In this document: one piece after another, positions 38,920 through 47,486 of the stretch
Numbering within the stretch: position 1 is the first letter of the stretch
How the letters are laid out: each line of letters begins with the position of its first letter
Assembly (NCBI GenBank): GCA_030430075.1
Contig: JAUIGN010000007.1
Span: forward strand, 86,458-150,457
Length of the DNA stretch: 64,000 bases
Source of the DNA: a bacterium
GTDB lineage: Bacteria > Planctomycetota > Planctomycetia > Pirellulales > Pirellulaceae
Direction of reading: 5' to 3'
Notes under the pieces: generated by a model
What the model was told of the DNA's origin: nothing
What the model saw: the letters and a program-made list of their open reading frames with translations, nothing else
The model's database searches: none
Program-made: the position numbers and the translations under genes

Positions 38920-40854
38920 ATGAATTCGGAATTGCTTAACTGGCTCTCCATACCCCTCGTGGCGTCGCTCGGCTACGAGCACGTGCCGTGGTGGGGAAAC
39001 GGGCTCTTGGCACTCTGGCTATGGGCCTTGGGAGCCAATCTGGGAAGCTTCATGAACGTGGTTGTTTACCGGGTTCCGCTGGGGCGAAGCGTTGTCCACC
39101 CGGGTTCACGCTGCCCCGGCTGCAGCCATGCGATCCAGTGGTACGACAACATTCCCGTTCTGAGCTGGACGCTGCTGCGAGCCCGCTGTCGCTATTGCAA
39201 GGTGACCATCTCTTCCCGTTACCCGTGCGTCGAGGCGCTGGTGGCGACCGTTGTTCTGGTGGTTGGGTTTCTGGGGCCGGTTTCCCTGGGGCGCAACCTT
39301 CCGCACGCGTTGCACCCTGCCGAGTTCCAATACCAGACGGCGTGGCTCTGGCTGCTGTTCGCCTATCACGTGCTGCTGCTATGCACCCTGATTTGTGCCG
39401 CCCTGATCCGTTATGACGACCAACCGACGCCCTTGCGGCTCTACCTCCCGGCACTGCTTGTCGGCTTCCTGGCGCCCATGTTGCCGCCGATGGAGATGCT
39501 CGGCAGCTTTCGTCCGGTTGCCTTTGCCGGCCTGCCGGAATTGTCCGCACGAGCGGTGGCGATCTGGGATGGCGTGACAGGACTGGCGGTCGCTGCGGCG
39601 CTTGGCTTGTTCGCATCCCTGGCGGCCAGGGATATCCGTCGTTCCACGCTGCTGTCGTTATGCGAGTTGCCGGCAGTGATGAGCGTCGGCCTGTTCCTTG
39701 GCTGGCAGGCGGCCTGCGCACTCGCTTGCTATGCGGCCGCGGCCCATTTGCTGACGGCCATCGTTACCCAAGGCACGGCCTGGGCTCGCCGCATCCCATG
39801 GCTGGCCCACCTGACCTGTGGATGCCTGTTGTTGATCCTCCTCTGGCGCCCGCTTGTCGAGCGTGCCCCGTGGCTGGGCGAGGGTGCGACCATTGCCACA
39901 TTCGGCCTGGCCGCCGGCGTCGTCGCCGCGTGTACCTACTTGACTTCGCTGATCCGTGATGAAGCGGCGGAAGAGACTTTGCCTGAACCAACGGAAAGTG
40001 TGCCCATGACCCCGGATGAAAAACTGGCAGCCATCTTGAGTTCACCCAGCTATCGGCTGGCGGAACTGGATACCGAGTTCCTGCAACGCGATGAACTTCG
40101 CCCGGTGAGGATGCAGTTGGAGCTGCTCAAGCCCGAGATGGCATTGGAGGAACAAAACATCAACTCCACGATCGTGGTCTTTGGCGGCACGCAGGTCGTC
40201 GAGCCGGCCGCGGCGGAGGCGCGACTGGCTGCAGCGCGGCAGGAACTGGCCGCAGACCCGGACGATCCGGCTCGGCAGCGAGCCGTTTCACGTGCTGAAC
40301 GAATCCTGGCCAAGGCGGGGAGCTATGACGCGGCACGCGAGTTCGGGAAACTGGTCTCTGCTTCCTGCCAGGTCGATCAACGTTGCCACTATGTGATCAC
40401 GACCGGCGGCGGACCAGGCATCATGGAGGCCGCCAATCGGGGCGCGCACGACGCCGGTGCGAAGTCGATTGGCTTGAACATTACCCTGCCCCACGAACAA
40501 ACGCCGAATCCATACATCACGCCCGCCCTCTGCTTCCAGTTTCACTACTTCGCGCTGCGCAAATTGCACTTCCTGTTCCGCGCGCGGGCGCTCGTGGTCT
40601 TTCCCGGAGGCTTCGGGACGCTTGACGAATTGTTCGACGCGTTGACGTTGCGGCAGACCGGGCGGATGCAGGCAATTCCCATCATCCTCTACGGTCGTGA
40701 GTATTGGAACCGCGTGATCGACTTCGAATTCCTGGCTGATGAGGGCGTCATCGCCGATGAGCACCTCGATTTGATCAGCTATGCCGAAACACCCGCGGAA
40801 GCCTGGTCGCAGATTCAAGCGTTCCATGAGGAGACGGCGGCCGTAGATCGCTAA
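38920..40854 (+). CDS. Fusion protein with an N-terminal prepilin-peptidase-like (A24) membrane domain and a C-terminal LOG/SLOG (TIGR00730) domain
   Basis: The N-terminus LGSFMNVVVYRVP...SRCPGCSHAIQWYDNIPVLSWTLLRARCRYCKVTIS is the zinc-ribbon N-domain of type IV prepilin peptidases. It has multiple TM helices. The C-terminus YVITTGGGPGIMEAANRG...PGGFGTLDELFDAL is a LOG core. The reading frame is continuous. Confidence 0.7.
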   Translation: MNSELLNWLSIPLVASLGYEHVPWWGNGLLALWLWALGANLGSFMNVVVYRVPLGRSVVHPGSRCPGCSHAIQWYDNIPVLSWTLLRARCRYCKVTISSRYPCVEALVATVVLVVGFLGPVSLGRNLPHALHPAEFQYQTAWLWLLFAYHVLLLCTLICAALIRYDDQPTPLRLYLPALLVGFLAPMLPPMEMLGSFRPVAFAGLPELSARAVAIWDGVTGLAVAAALGLFASLAARDIRRSTLLSLCELPAVMSVGLFLGWQAACALACYAAAAHLLTAIVTQGTAWARRIPWLAHLTCGCLLLILLWRPLVERAPWLGEGATIATFGLAAGVVAACTYLTSLIRDEAAEETLPEPTESVPMTPDEKLAAILSSPSYRLAELDTEFLQRDELRPVRMQLELLKPEMALEEQNINSTIVVFGGTQVVEPAAAEARLAAARQELAADPDDPARQRAVSRAERILAKAGSYDAAREFGKLVSASCQVDQRCHYVITTGGGPGIMEAANRGAHDAGAKSIGLNITLPHEQTPNPYITPALCFQFHYFALRKLHFLFRARALVVFPGGFGTLDELFDALTLRQTGRMQAIPIILYGREYWNRVIDFEFLADEGVIADEHLDLISYAETPAEAWSQIQAFHEETAAVDR

Positions 40855-40879
40855 GGAGCTAAGGATGCGCGACGCCGGC

Positions 40880-41170
40880 TATTGGCTGGGAGACCTGACG
40901 GTCGTGGGGCGTGCGGGGTCGGGAGACCCGCGCACAGCGCCGTTCCAGCTCGCGCACAGCGCCGTTCCAGCTCGCGCACAGCGCCGTCCCAACCCGCGCA
41001 CAGCGACGACTCCTGCACGGCGCGGGTCTCTGACCCCGCCGAAGTTCCAGCTCGCGCACAGCGCCGTTCCAACCCGCGCACAGCGCCTTTCCAGTTCGCG
41101 CACAGCGACGACTCCTGCTCGGCGCGGGTCTCTGACCCCGCCGAAACCGCCGACCGCAGGTCTCCCGCGC
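40880..41170. repeat. Intergenic repeat element C. It is a tandem cgcgcacagcgccgttccagct-like array (~7 units) with one truncated core (41015..41045) and one full 46-nt core (41118..41165).
   Basis: A direct read shows these parts. It lies between convergent genes. Confidence 0.8.
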
Positions 41171-41181
41171 CTCGCTGCATG

Positions 41182-42027
41182 TCAAGGGGCGAGCCGGTAA
41201 AAGCGGCTGGCCGTGCCGCCGAAGATCATGTCGAGCTCGTCGCTACCGAGCTGCCCGACGATTTCCCGCAACGCGCCGTGTACCTCTGCGTAAGTCGCGG
41301 CCAGTTCGCAGACCGGCCAATCGGAACCGAACATGCATCGCTGGGGACCGAACGCCTCCAGCGCGGTGTCGACGTAAGGACGCAAGTCGGCCGGCTTCCA
41401 GTCATTCCAATCCGCCTCAGTGACCATTCCGGACAACTTGCAGTAGACATTGGGATGGCGGGCGGCGGCCCGCAGATCGTCCCGCCAGCCGGCGGTTGTC
41501 CCCGCCGCGATCAACGGCTTGGCCAGGTGGTCAATCACCAGCGGCAAGTCGGGCAGCGAATTGGCCAGCGGGGCGGCGTGCTTCAAGTGCCTGACGTAAA
41601 ACAGCAGATCGAAGGGAACCTGGTGCTTCTCCAGCACCTGCAAACCTCGGACGACGTCCGGGCGGATGATGAAGTCGTCGTCGGGTTCGTCTTGCGTGAC
41701 GTGCCGAATACCGACGAACTTGGGGTGGTCCTTGAACTCCAGCAGCTGGGATTCACACGTCTCGCTGGTCAGGTCAACCCACCCGACGACGCCCGCGATG
41801 AAATCGTATTGCTCGGCCAGCCGCAAGACCCAACGATTTTCAGCCACATCGTGCTGGGTCTGTACAAACACCGAGCCATCAACGCCGGTCTGCGCCAGTT
41901 GCGGTGCCAGGTCCTCCGGCAGGTAGTCGCGACGGATCGGTTCCAGGCCGGGCGTGTCGAGCCATCCGAAGTTGAAGGGCTGGCTAAGTTGCCAGAAGTG
42001 CTGATGGGCATCAATAACGTGAGACAT
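41182..42027 (-). CDS. Amidohydrolase-2 family protein, a candidate sugar lactonase such as L-fuconolactonase
   Basis: It has MSHVIDAHQHFW, the TIM-barrel metal-dependent hydrolase start. The lactonase role is inferred only from the neighbourhood. Confidence 0.7.
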   Translation of the reverse strand: MSHVIDAHQHFWQLSQPFNFGWLDTPGLEPIRRDYLPEDLAPQLAQTGVDGSVFVQTQHDVAENRWVLRLAEQYDFIAGVVGWVDLTSETCESQLLEFKDHPKFVGIRHVTQDEPDDDFIIRPDVVRGLQVLEKHQVPFDLLFYVRHLKHAAPLANSLPDLPLVIDHLAKPLIAAGTTAGWRDDLRAAARHPNVYCKLSGMVTEADWNDWKPADLRPYVDTALEAFGPQRCMFGSDWPVCELAATYAEVHGALREIVGQLGSDELDMIFGGTASRFYRLAP

Positions 42028-42044
42028 GATTCAACTCCTCTCTC

Positions 42045-42105
42045 GTTCCACGAACACAACGGTTCGGCGCGGGTCTCCGAAACCGCCGACTGAAGGTCTC
42101 CGTTT
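42045..42105. repeat. Intergenic repeat element D, a partially deleted 46-nt core
   Basis: The sequence is ggcgcgggtctccgaaaccgccgactgaaggtctccg. Confidence 0.6.
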
Positions 42106-42279
42106 CCCATTGTGACTACGGTCCGTTGGTCCGGGTGATTGTCGACGGCAGGTTCCAGTGCGATGCAAGGCTGGATTACATCATGCACCGCATGACTTTC
42201 GGAATGACGAAAGATCGCCTGCCGTACGTCACCCGCAGCAACGATGGCCGACTCCAGACAGGCTTGGTTGACGGGTTTC

Positions 42280-42726
42280 TCAATCCATGCGAACGCCGAT
42301 CGTGAGCAACACGTTCGCGAATCGCTGTTGGTCCGCAGTCTGGATCGTAAGAATATGGTCCGGTGTCGCGACGGCGTCGTAGAAGGCCCATTTTTCGATC
42401 GGTTCGAGCTCCAATTCGACGCCCGCCTCCTGCATGGTCTGGCGGTAATCCGACCACACGGGCGGGTCTTCCGTCAATGCGTACTGACCGGTGGTTTCGT
42501 ACATCATCGTGTTGACCCCTTCGACCGGCAGCGCCGAGAGGACCGCTTGCAGCACCTGGTTGCAGGTGACCACGCCCGGCATGAGGTTGAGGTGCACCAA
42601 CCGGGCGTGGGGGCCCCGCTTGGAGGACGCCGGGTAGTTGCCGTCGGCGATGAGCACTTTGCCGTGATGGCCGCCGGCTGCCAGAATCGCGTTGATTTCT
42701 GGATGAATGAGCTGATGTTTGAGCAC
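42280..42726 (-). CDS. RbsD/FucU family sugar mutarotase
   Basis: It reads MLKHQLIHPEINAILAAGGHHGKVLIADGNYP, which is the RbsD/FucU fold. Confidence 0.8.
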   Translation of the reverse strand: MLKHQLIHPEINAILAAGGHHGKVLIADGNYPASSKRGPHARLVHLNLMPGVVTCNQVLQAVLSALPVEGVNTMMYETTGQYALTEDPPVWSDYRQTMQEAGVELELEPIEKWAFYDAVATPDHILTIQTADQQRFANVLLTIGVRMD

Positions 42727-42875
42727 GTGAAAGCCTCCTGATTGGATGACGAATCGGCGGATGCGGCCGGCCAGGATTGGTATCGCGGCGAGCGGGTGAA
42801 GGCGTGGATCGCCCAGTTGGGGAGCGGCATCGGCACGTCATCCGCACAGCACGCCCCGAGTGCCGGGAACGGTCC

Positions 42876-44159
42876 TTACATTCCGTCGGTCAGCGCGACG
42901 AGATGGCGACTGAAATGGTCGGCCAGGACGTCTCGATAGGTCCCCGGATTGGCCTCCAGGACGGTCCGCACAGCAGGCCCGAACTCCGGATGAGTCAGTA
43001 CGGAACCGAATGTGCAGTGGAGGATCTGGCGGCCCGGTTCGGTAAAGCCCTTGCCGGCAGGCACGTCGTCCCAGCGTTCCAGGTAGACTTGCTCGAGCTC
43101 CACCGCGTCCGCGATCTGGTTGCCGGGTTTGACCGTGTCGTTGGTGGCGGCGACGTGGTAGGTTGCCTTGTCGGTATCGTATCGCGAACGGCCGAAGTCG
43201 ATGATTTGTCGAAACAGGGGCTCGTCATGCCTGGCGACGACGCGAAGTGCTTCGAGGTAGCTGGTGCCCGCCGTCTTGACGTGGAACCGGCCCTTGGTGG
43301 CACGCGCCAGGGCCGTGTAGATCGAGACTTTGTCGGAACCGGAGTGCAGGCTCAATTTGTAGGGGCCCAACTGGTCGGCAAGTGCCGCATGTTCGTTGAG
43401 TGATGCTTCCAGCTCCGTCAGGTCTCCCTTGTAGTCGACCCCTTTCTCAAAGTCGCCGATGAAGCGGGGCGCCAGGCTGACGAGCTTCATTCCCCGGCTG
43501 ACACACTGGTCCGCGATGATGAAATGCTCGGCCAACGTGGTCGGCTGATCCGTTTCATCGACGCTCAGTTCGATCTCATGATCGCGGCCCGCCGCGTCGT
43601 GGACGGCGCGGATATGATCGGCCAACGCGATGGCATGATTGATCGCCGGTCCGTATTTGACGGCGCACCGCATGCAGGCTTGCTCATCCAAGGCCACCAC
43701 GGTTCCTGTGGCCAGTTTGACTTGGCGGCCCAGGTAGCTTTCAAACCAGTCAATCTCGTCGCGCACCTCGGCAAACTTTTCGCGGAGCGTAGGCTCGTCG
43801 TAAGTGTCGGCCTGTTCATCCACGTTATCCGAAGGGTCGATGGTAAAGAAAGTGAAGCCGGCGGCGAAGGTGCGATCGACATCTTCCGTCGTCTTCAAGT
43901 GATCGGCGTCGGCGCCTGTCTTGCCCGTCCACCCGGCTGCCTGCATTCCATCGAGGGCGTCTTTCATGACCTCTTCCGGACTGCGGCTGGTTCGCGCCAT
44001 TTCTCGGATCGACTGTTGGGGATAGATCGGTTCGATGCCGGCGCCGGACCGCTGCATCGCCGCCACGTGGCCGGGGGTGGCCAGACCGATGCGGTCGCCG
44101 AAGCCGAAGCTGGGAGCCAGTCCCAGCGTGACGCAGGGGGTAGGATTGGGAGTGCTCAT
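42876..44159 (-). CDS. GatZ/KbaZ/UxaE-like TIM-barrel protein, a sugar(-acid) epimerase or aldolase-subunit family. The call is tentative.
   Basis: It shows weak resemblance (GADADHLKT, TIDPSD) to the tagatose-bisphosphate aldolase non-catalytic subunit family. It is embedded in a sugar-catabolic cluster. Confidence 0.3.
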   Translation of the reverse strand: MSTPNPTPCVTLGLAPSFGFGDRIGLATPGHVAAMQRSGAGIEPIYPQQSIREMARTSRSPEEVMKDALDGMQAAGWTGKTGADADHLKTTEDVDRTFAAGFTFFTIDPSDNVDEQADTYDEPTLREKFAEVRDEIDWFESYLGRQVKLATGTVVALDEQACMRCAVKYGPAINHAIALADHIRAVHDAAGRDHEIELSVDETDQPTTLAEHFIIADQCVSRGMKLVSLAPRFIGDFEKGVDYKGDLTELEASLNEHAALADQLGPYKLSLHSGSDKVSIYTALARATKGRFHVKTAGTSYLEALRVVARHDEPLFRQIIDFGRSRYDTDKATYHVAATNDTVKPGNQIADAVELEQVYLERWDDVPAGKGFTEPGRQILHCTFGSVLTHPEFGPAVRTVLEANPGTYRDVLADHFSRHLVALTDGM

Positions 44160-44254
44160 GAGTCATTCTTTCTTTGCGTAGGTGGCCGCTGCGGGTGCGG
44201 CGGGACGGAAGTTGGGTCGGGAGAGGGGGAGCGTCGTGATTCCGTCGATTGCGG

Positions 44255-45073
44255 CTACTCCTTGAAGAACCTGTTGTATGCTGACATCGTCTGGGCTGCC
44301 GCCGCATCCGGGTCCGGGTAGGGGAACGCTTCGGCGGAGGCATACTTGTCGTAACCGATTTCCTTCAGGGCGGCGGCGATCGGGGCGTAATCCATATGTC
44401 CCAACCCGGCCGGCCGGCGGTTGGAATCGACGAAGTGGAGGTGACCGATGTGCCCTTTGCCAGCTCGGATGGCGGCTGCCAGATCGGCTTCCTCGATGTT
44501 CATGTGGAACAGGTCCGCCAACAATTGCACGTTGTCCGTCTGCAGCGATTTCATCAGGTCGACGCCGTCTGCGACCGTCGTGATCAAGTTCGTTTCGTAC
44601 CGATTGAGGGGTTCGTAGATCAACGGCACGTCGTGTTTGCGAGCGTATTCGCCGAGCTCGTTGAGCGCTTCGCGCAGCAGGTCGAGCGCCGCTTCCCGGC
44701 TCAACGCGCCGCCCCACCTGCCTTGCATCGACCCGATAATGGCGGGGGCTCCATGCGGCCCGCCGAAGTCGATGATGGAGCGGATGAACTCTTTCGCCCG
44801 AGCCCTTTCGTCCGTATCGGTCGACGTCAAGCTGAGGCCATGCTTGACCATCCCCGCGCCCGTGCCGACGGCCGCCAGGTTGAGCGAATGCTGGGTCAGC
44901 AGCTGCTGCAGCTCGACGGGATCGACCGCGGTCGCTGACGGGGCGAAGATTTCGATGGCGTCGAAACCTAGCTCCTGCGCCTTGCGGCAGGCGGCCGGCA
45001 GGTCGTCCCAAAACACGAACGGGCCGCCGCGTGCTTCATTGACCAGGCTGACGGTAACGGCGGATGGAATCAT
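44255..45073 (-). CDS. Sugar phosphate isomerase/epimerase, xylose-isomerase-like TIM barrel
   Basis: It has the AP-endonuclease 2/XylA-like TIM pattern (FDAIEIF, HIGHLHFVDSN). The start is at MIPSAVTV. Confidence 0.75.
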   Translation of the reverse strand: MIPSAVTVSLVNEARGGPFVFWDDLPAACRKAQELGFDAIEIFAPSATAVDPVELQQLLTQHSLNLAAVGTGAGMVKHGLSLTSTDTDERARAKEFIRSIIDFGGPHGAPAIIGSMQGRWGGALSREAALDLLREALNELGEYARKHDVPLIYEPLNRYETNLITTVADGVDLMKSLQTDNVQLLADLFHMNIEEADLAAAIRAGKGHIGHLHFVDSNRRPAGLGHMDYAPIAAALKEIGYDKYASAEAFPYPDPDAAAAQTMSAYNRFFKE

Positions 45074-45114
45074 GGTATGCTCCGGTGGTTTCTGGTTGCG
45101 TCGTGTGACGGTGC

Positions 45115-46140
45115 TCAACACACCTCAATGACCGCTTTAATAACACCTGTCTCGGGGCGGGTGTACGTCTCGAAGTTTTCGATGACCTGATCGAAGGCGA
45201 CGCGGTGTGTGATCCACGGTTCGGTGTTGATTGTCCCGTCTTCAATCAGGCGGATGATGCGGGCGAAGTCGGCCGGGAGGGCGTTCCGCGAACCTTTGAT
45301 GGTCATCTCCGGCCGATGCAGGGCCGGGTGCGGGAAGGCAATCTCTTCGGTGGTAATACCGACGTAAACCAGCTCGCCCGTGTGCGCCACATACTGGAGG
45401 GCATTCGACATGGACCGCGAGTTTCCGGTCGCATCGGTCACGACTTCGTACATGTCGCCGCCGGTGATCTCCTTCATCTGTTCTAGCTCGCTTCCATCCC
45501 CCTGAAAGACCACCGTGTGCTCGATTCCGTAGGTCTGGCGACAGAACTCCAGACGCGAGGGAACCATGTCCATCACGGTGATCGAGGCGCCGGTCAGCCG
45601 GGTGAACTCGAGCGTGGCGAGGCCGATCGGACCGGCGCCGATAATCAACGCATGCGCTCCCTCACTCGGCGCGCCGCGGTCGCAGGCATGGCAGCCGATG
45701 GCCAGGGTTTCCACCAGGGCCAGTTGTTCAAACGACAGCTTCTCGGAAGCGTGGAGCTTGTCCGCACGGATGATAAACCGTTCGCAGAGCCCGCCGTCGA
45801 TCATGACGCCGATCACGTTGAGGCTGGCACAACAGTTACCGTTGCCCTTCCGGCAAGCGAAGCAGTGCCCGCAATTCATGTACGGTTCGACACTGCACCG
45901 TGCGCCGGCCGTCACGTTGGTGACGCCGGTACCGACTTCCAGAACCTCGACGCCCAGCTCGTGGCCCGGGACGCGGGGGTAGCGGAAGAAAGGCATTTTT
46001 CCCAGATAGCCGCTGTAGTCCGTTCCGCAGATACCCATCCGGTGCGTGCGCACCAGCGCCTCGCCGGGACCGGGTGAGGCCGGTTCATCAAGGTCAACGT
46101 AGCGAAACTGTTTCGGTTCTTCCAAACGAATGGCGCGCAT
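45115..46140 (-). CDS. Zn-dependent alcohol/polyol dehydrogenase of the MDR family, sorbitol/threonine-DH-like
   Basis: It has GICGTDYS, the catalytic Zn site GHELGVEV, the structural Zn site CGHCFACRKGNGNCC, and the GAGPIGL NAD motif. The start is at MRAIRLEEPK. Confidence 0.85.
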   Translation of the reverse strand: MRAIRLEEPKQFRYVDLDEPASPGPGEALVRTHRMGICGTDYSGYLGKMPFFRYPRVPGHELGVEVLEVGTGVTNVTAGARCSVEPYMNCGHCFACRKGNGNCCASLNVIGVMIDGGLCERFIIRADKLHASEKLSFEQLALVETLAIGCHACDRGAPSEGAHALIIGAGPIGLATLEFTRLTGASITVMDMVPSRLEFCRQTYGIEHTVVFQGDGSELEQMKEITGGDMYEVVTDATGNSRSMSNALQYVAHTGELVYVGITTEEIAFPHPALHRPEMTIKGSRNALPADFARIIRLIEDGTINTEPWITHRVAFDQVIENFETYTRPETGVIKAVIEVC

Positions 46141-46286
46141 CGGATCGGTCTCCTGGATGTACTGTTGGTGATTGGGGGCGTTGGCGACCGGGGGCACCGC
46201 GGGACGATTCCGGACGGTTGCGGTTGAGCCGATCCCTGGCCGGGCCGGCCCGCCCCACGTGGTTCGGCCGCATCCAACGGTGCGAC

Positions 46287-47246
46287 TCAGGCGTCGACCG
46301 TGGGGGGATCGTTGTTCTCCGGGCGGCCCTCGACATAGAACCAGTTGTGGATCGGCTTGAGGATTTCCTTGACTTCCGCCAGCAGTTGTTGGTCCATCGG
46401 TTCGGCGGCCCAGGCCACCCACTGCGCGACGCGGTCCGGATTGGCCGAACCGGTAACGCAGGTGGTCATGTCCGGGTTGGCAAGGGAAAACTGCAGGGCC
46501 AGCTTGGCGATATCAACCCCTTTGCCGGCGCAGTGATCGGCTGCCTGTTTGGCGATCTCCCGCACCTTGGGTGTCGCCTTGTGCCAGGCGGGTAAAGGGG
46601 CGGCCGTGAGCAGCCGGGCGGAGAACGGCGCGGCATTCATCAGGCCGACTCCTTTCTCACGGCAGATCGGCACCAACTCGAGGGCCATATCGTTTTGCAA
46701 CGTGTAGTGGTTGTACGTCAGCAGTACATCGATGTCTGCTCGGTCCAGCACATACTTGAACATCTTCATCGGATAGCCGCTGACGCCGATGTAGCGGACC
46801 TTGCCTTTTTCCACTTCCTTGCGCAGGGCCGGCAGCGTCTCCTCGACGATCTGTGACATTTCGACGAATTCGAGGTCATGGCAAAGTACGATGTCCAGGT
46901 GCTCGACCTTCATCCGTTCCAGCGAGATGTCGACGCTTTCCGCGACCCGCCGGGCACTGAAATCGAAGTGCGCCCCGGCATAGCGACCGAGCTTCGTGCC
47001 CAAGTAGTAGCGGTCGCGAGGGATCTCGGGAAGCACTCGCCCCAGCAACATTTCACTCATCCCGCGCCCGTAGAAGGGCGAAGTATCGATGAAGTTCATG
47101 CCCAGGTCGATTGCCACGTGGACGCTGCGGCAGGCCTCATCGAGATCGATATGACGAAACTCGGCCCCCAGCGACGACGCACCGAACGACAGCGGGGTGA
47201 GCTTCATGTCGGTCGTCCCCAGCTTTCTGGTTTCCATCGTTGTCAT
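46287..47246 (-). CDS. Aldo/keto reductase
   Basis: It has IDTSPFYGRG and the YxxxK catalytic tetrad context. It is similar to D-threo-aldose/L-fucose 1-dehydrogenase-type AKRs. Confidence 0.85.
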   Translation of the reverse strand: MTTMETRKLGTTDMKLTPLSFGASSLGAEFRHIDLDEACRSVHVAIDLGMNFIDTSPFYGRGMSEMLLGRVLPEIPRDRYYLGTKLGRYAGAHFDFSARRVAESVDISLERMKVEHLDIVLCHDLEFVEMSQIVEETLPALRKEVEKGKVRYIGVSGYPMKMFKYVLDRADIDVLLTYNHYTLQNDMALELVPICREKGVGLMNAAPFSARLLTAAPLPAWHKATPKVREIAKQAADHCAGKGVDIAKLALQFSLANPDMTTCVTGSANPDRVAQWVAWAAEPMDQQLLAEVKEILKPIHNWFYVEGRPENNDPPTVDA

Positions 47247-47376
47247 CTCCTGCTTGGCGTTTCGGGGGGCTGCGGCCGATTCGGTCGTCTTCTCATGTCG
47301 GGCATCCTGCCGCGGACAGCCGCCAATCCATGGCGGTCGCTATGCACGAATCGAAGCCGTTATGCTCCCTTCCAAA

Positions 47377-47391
47377 TCATGCGGTGCATGA
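47377..47391. repeat. Palindromic motif TCATGCGGTGCATGA, copy 5
   Basis: A direct read shows it. It lies in the intergenic space between the AKR and mutarotase genes. Confidence 0.7.
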
Positions 47392-47486
47392 CGCCATAGG
47401 TTTTGGCATGAGAACGGGAATGTGTCACCAACAACTTCCCGCACGCACGTACCGCGGAATTGAGGCGAGTGATTCTGGACTCGTTC

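Noticed and set aside
40880-41170. Possible CRISPR array, suggested by the tandem ~22-nt repeats
   Set aside because: The units are directly adjacent with no unique spacers, unit length is below CRISPR range, and the same organisation recurs with different units at four other loci. There are no cas genes.
44163-45011. - strand ORF of 282 aa
   Set aside because: It is an alternate frame overlapping the xylose-isomerase-like TIM barrel gene. It is Arg/Pro/Gly-rich.
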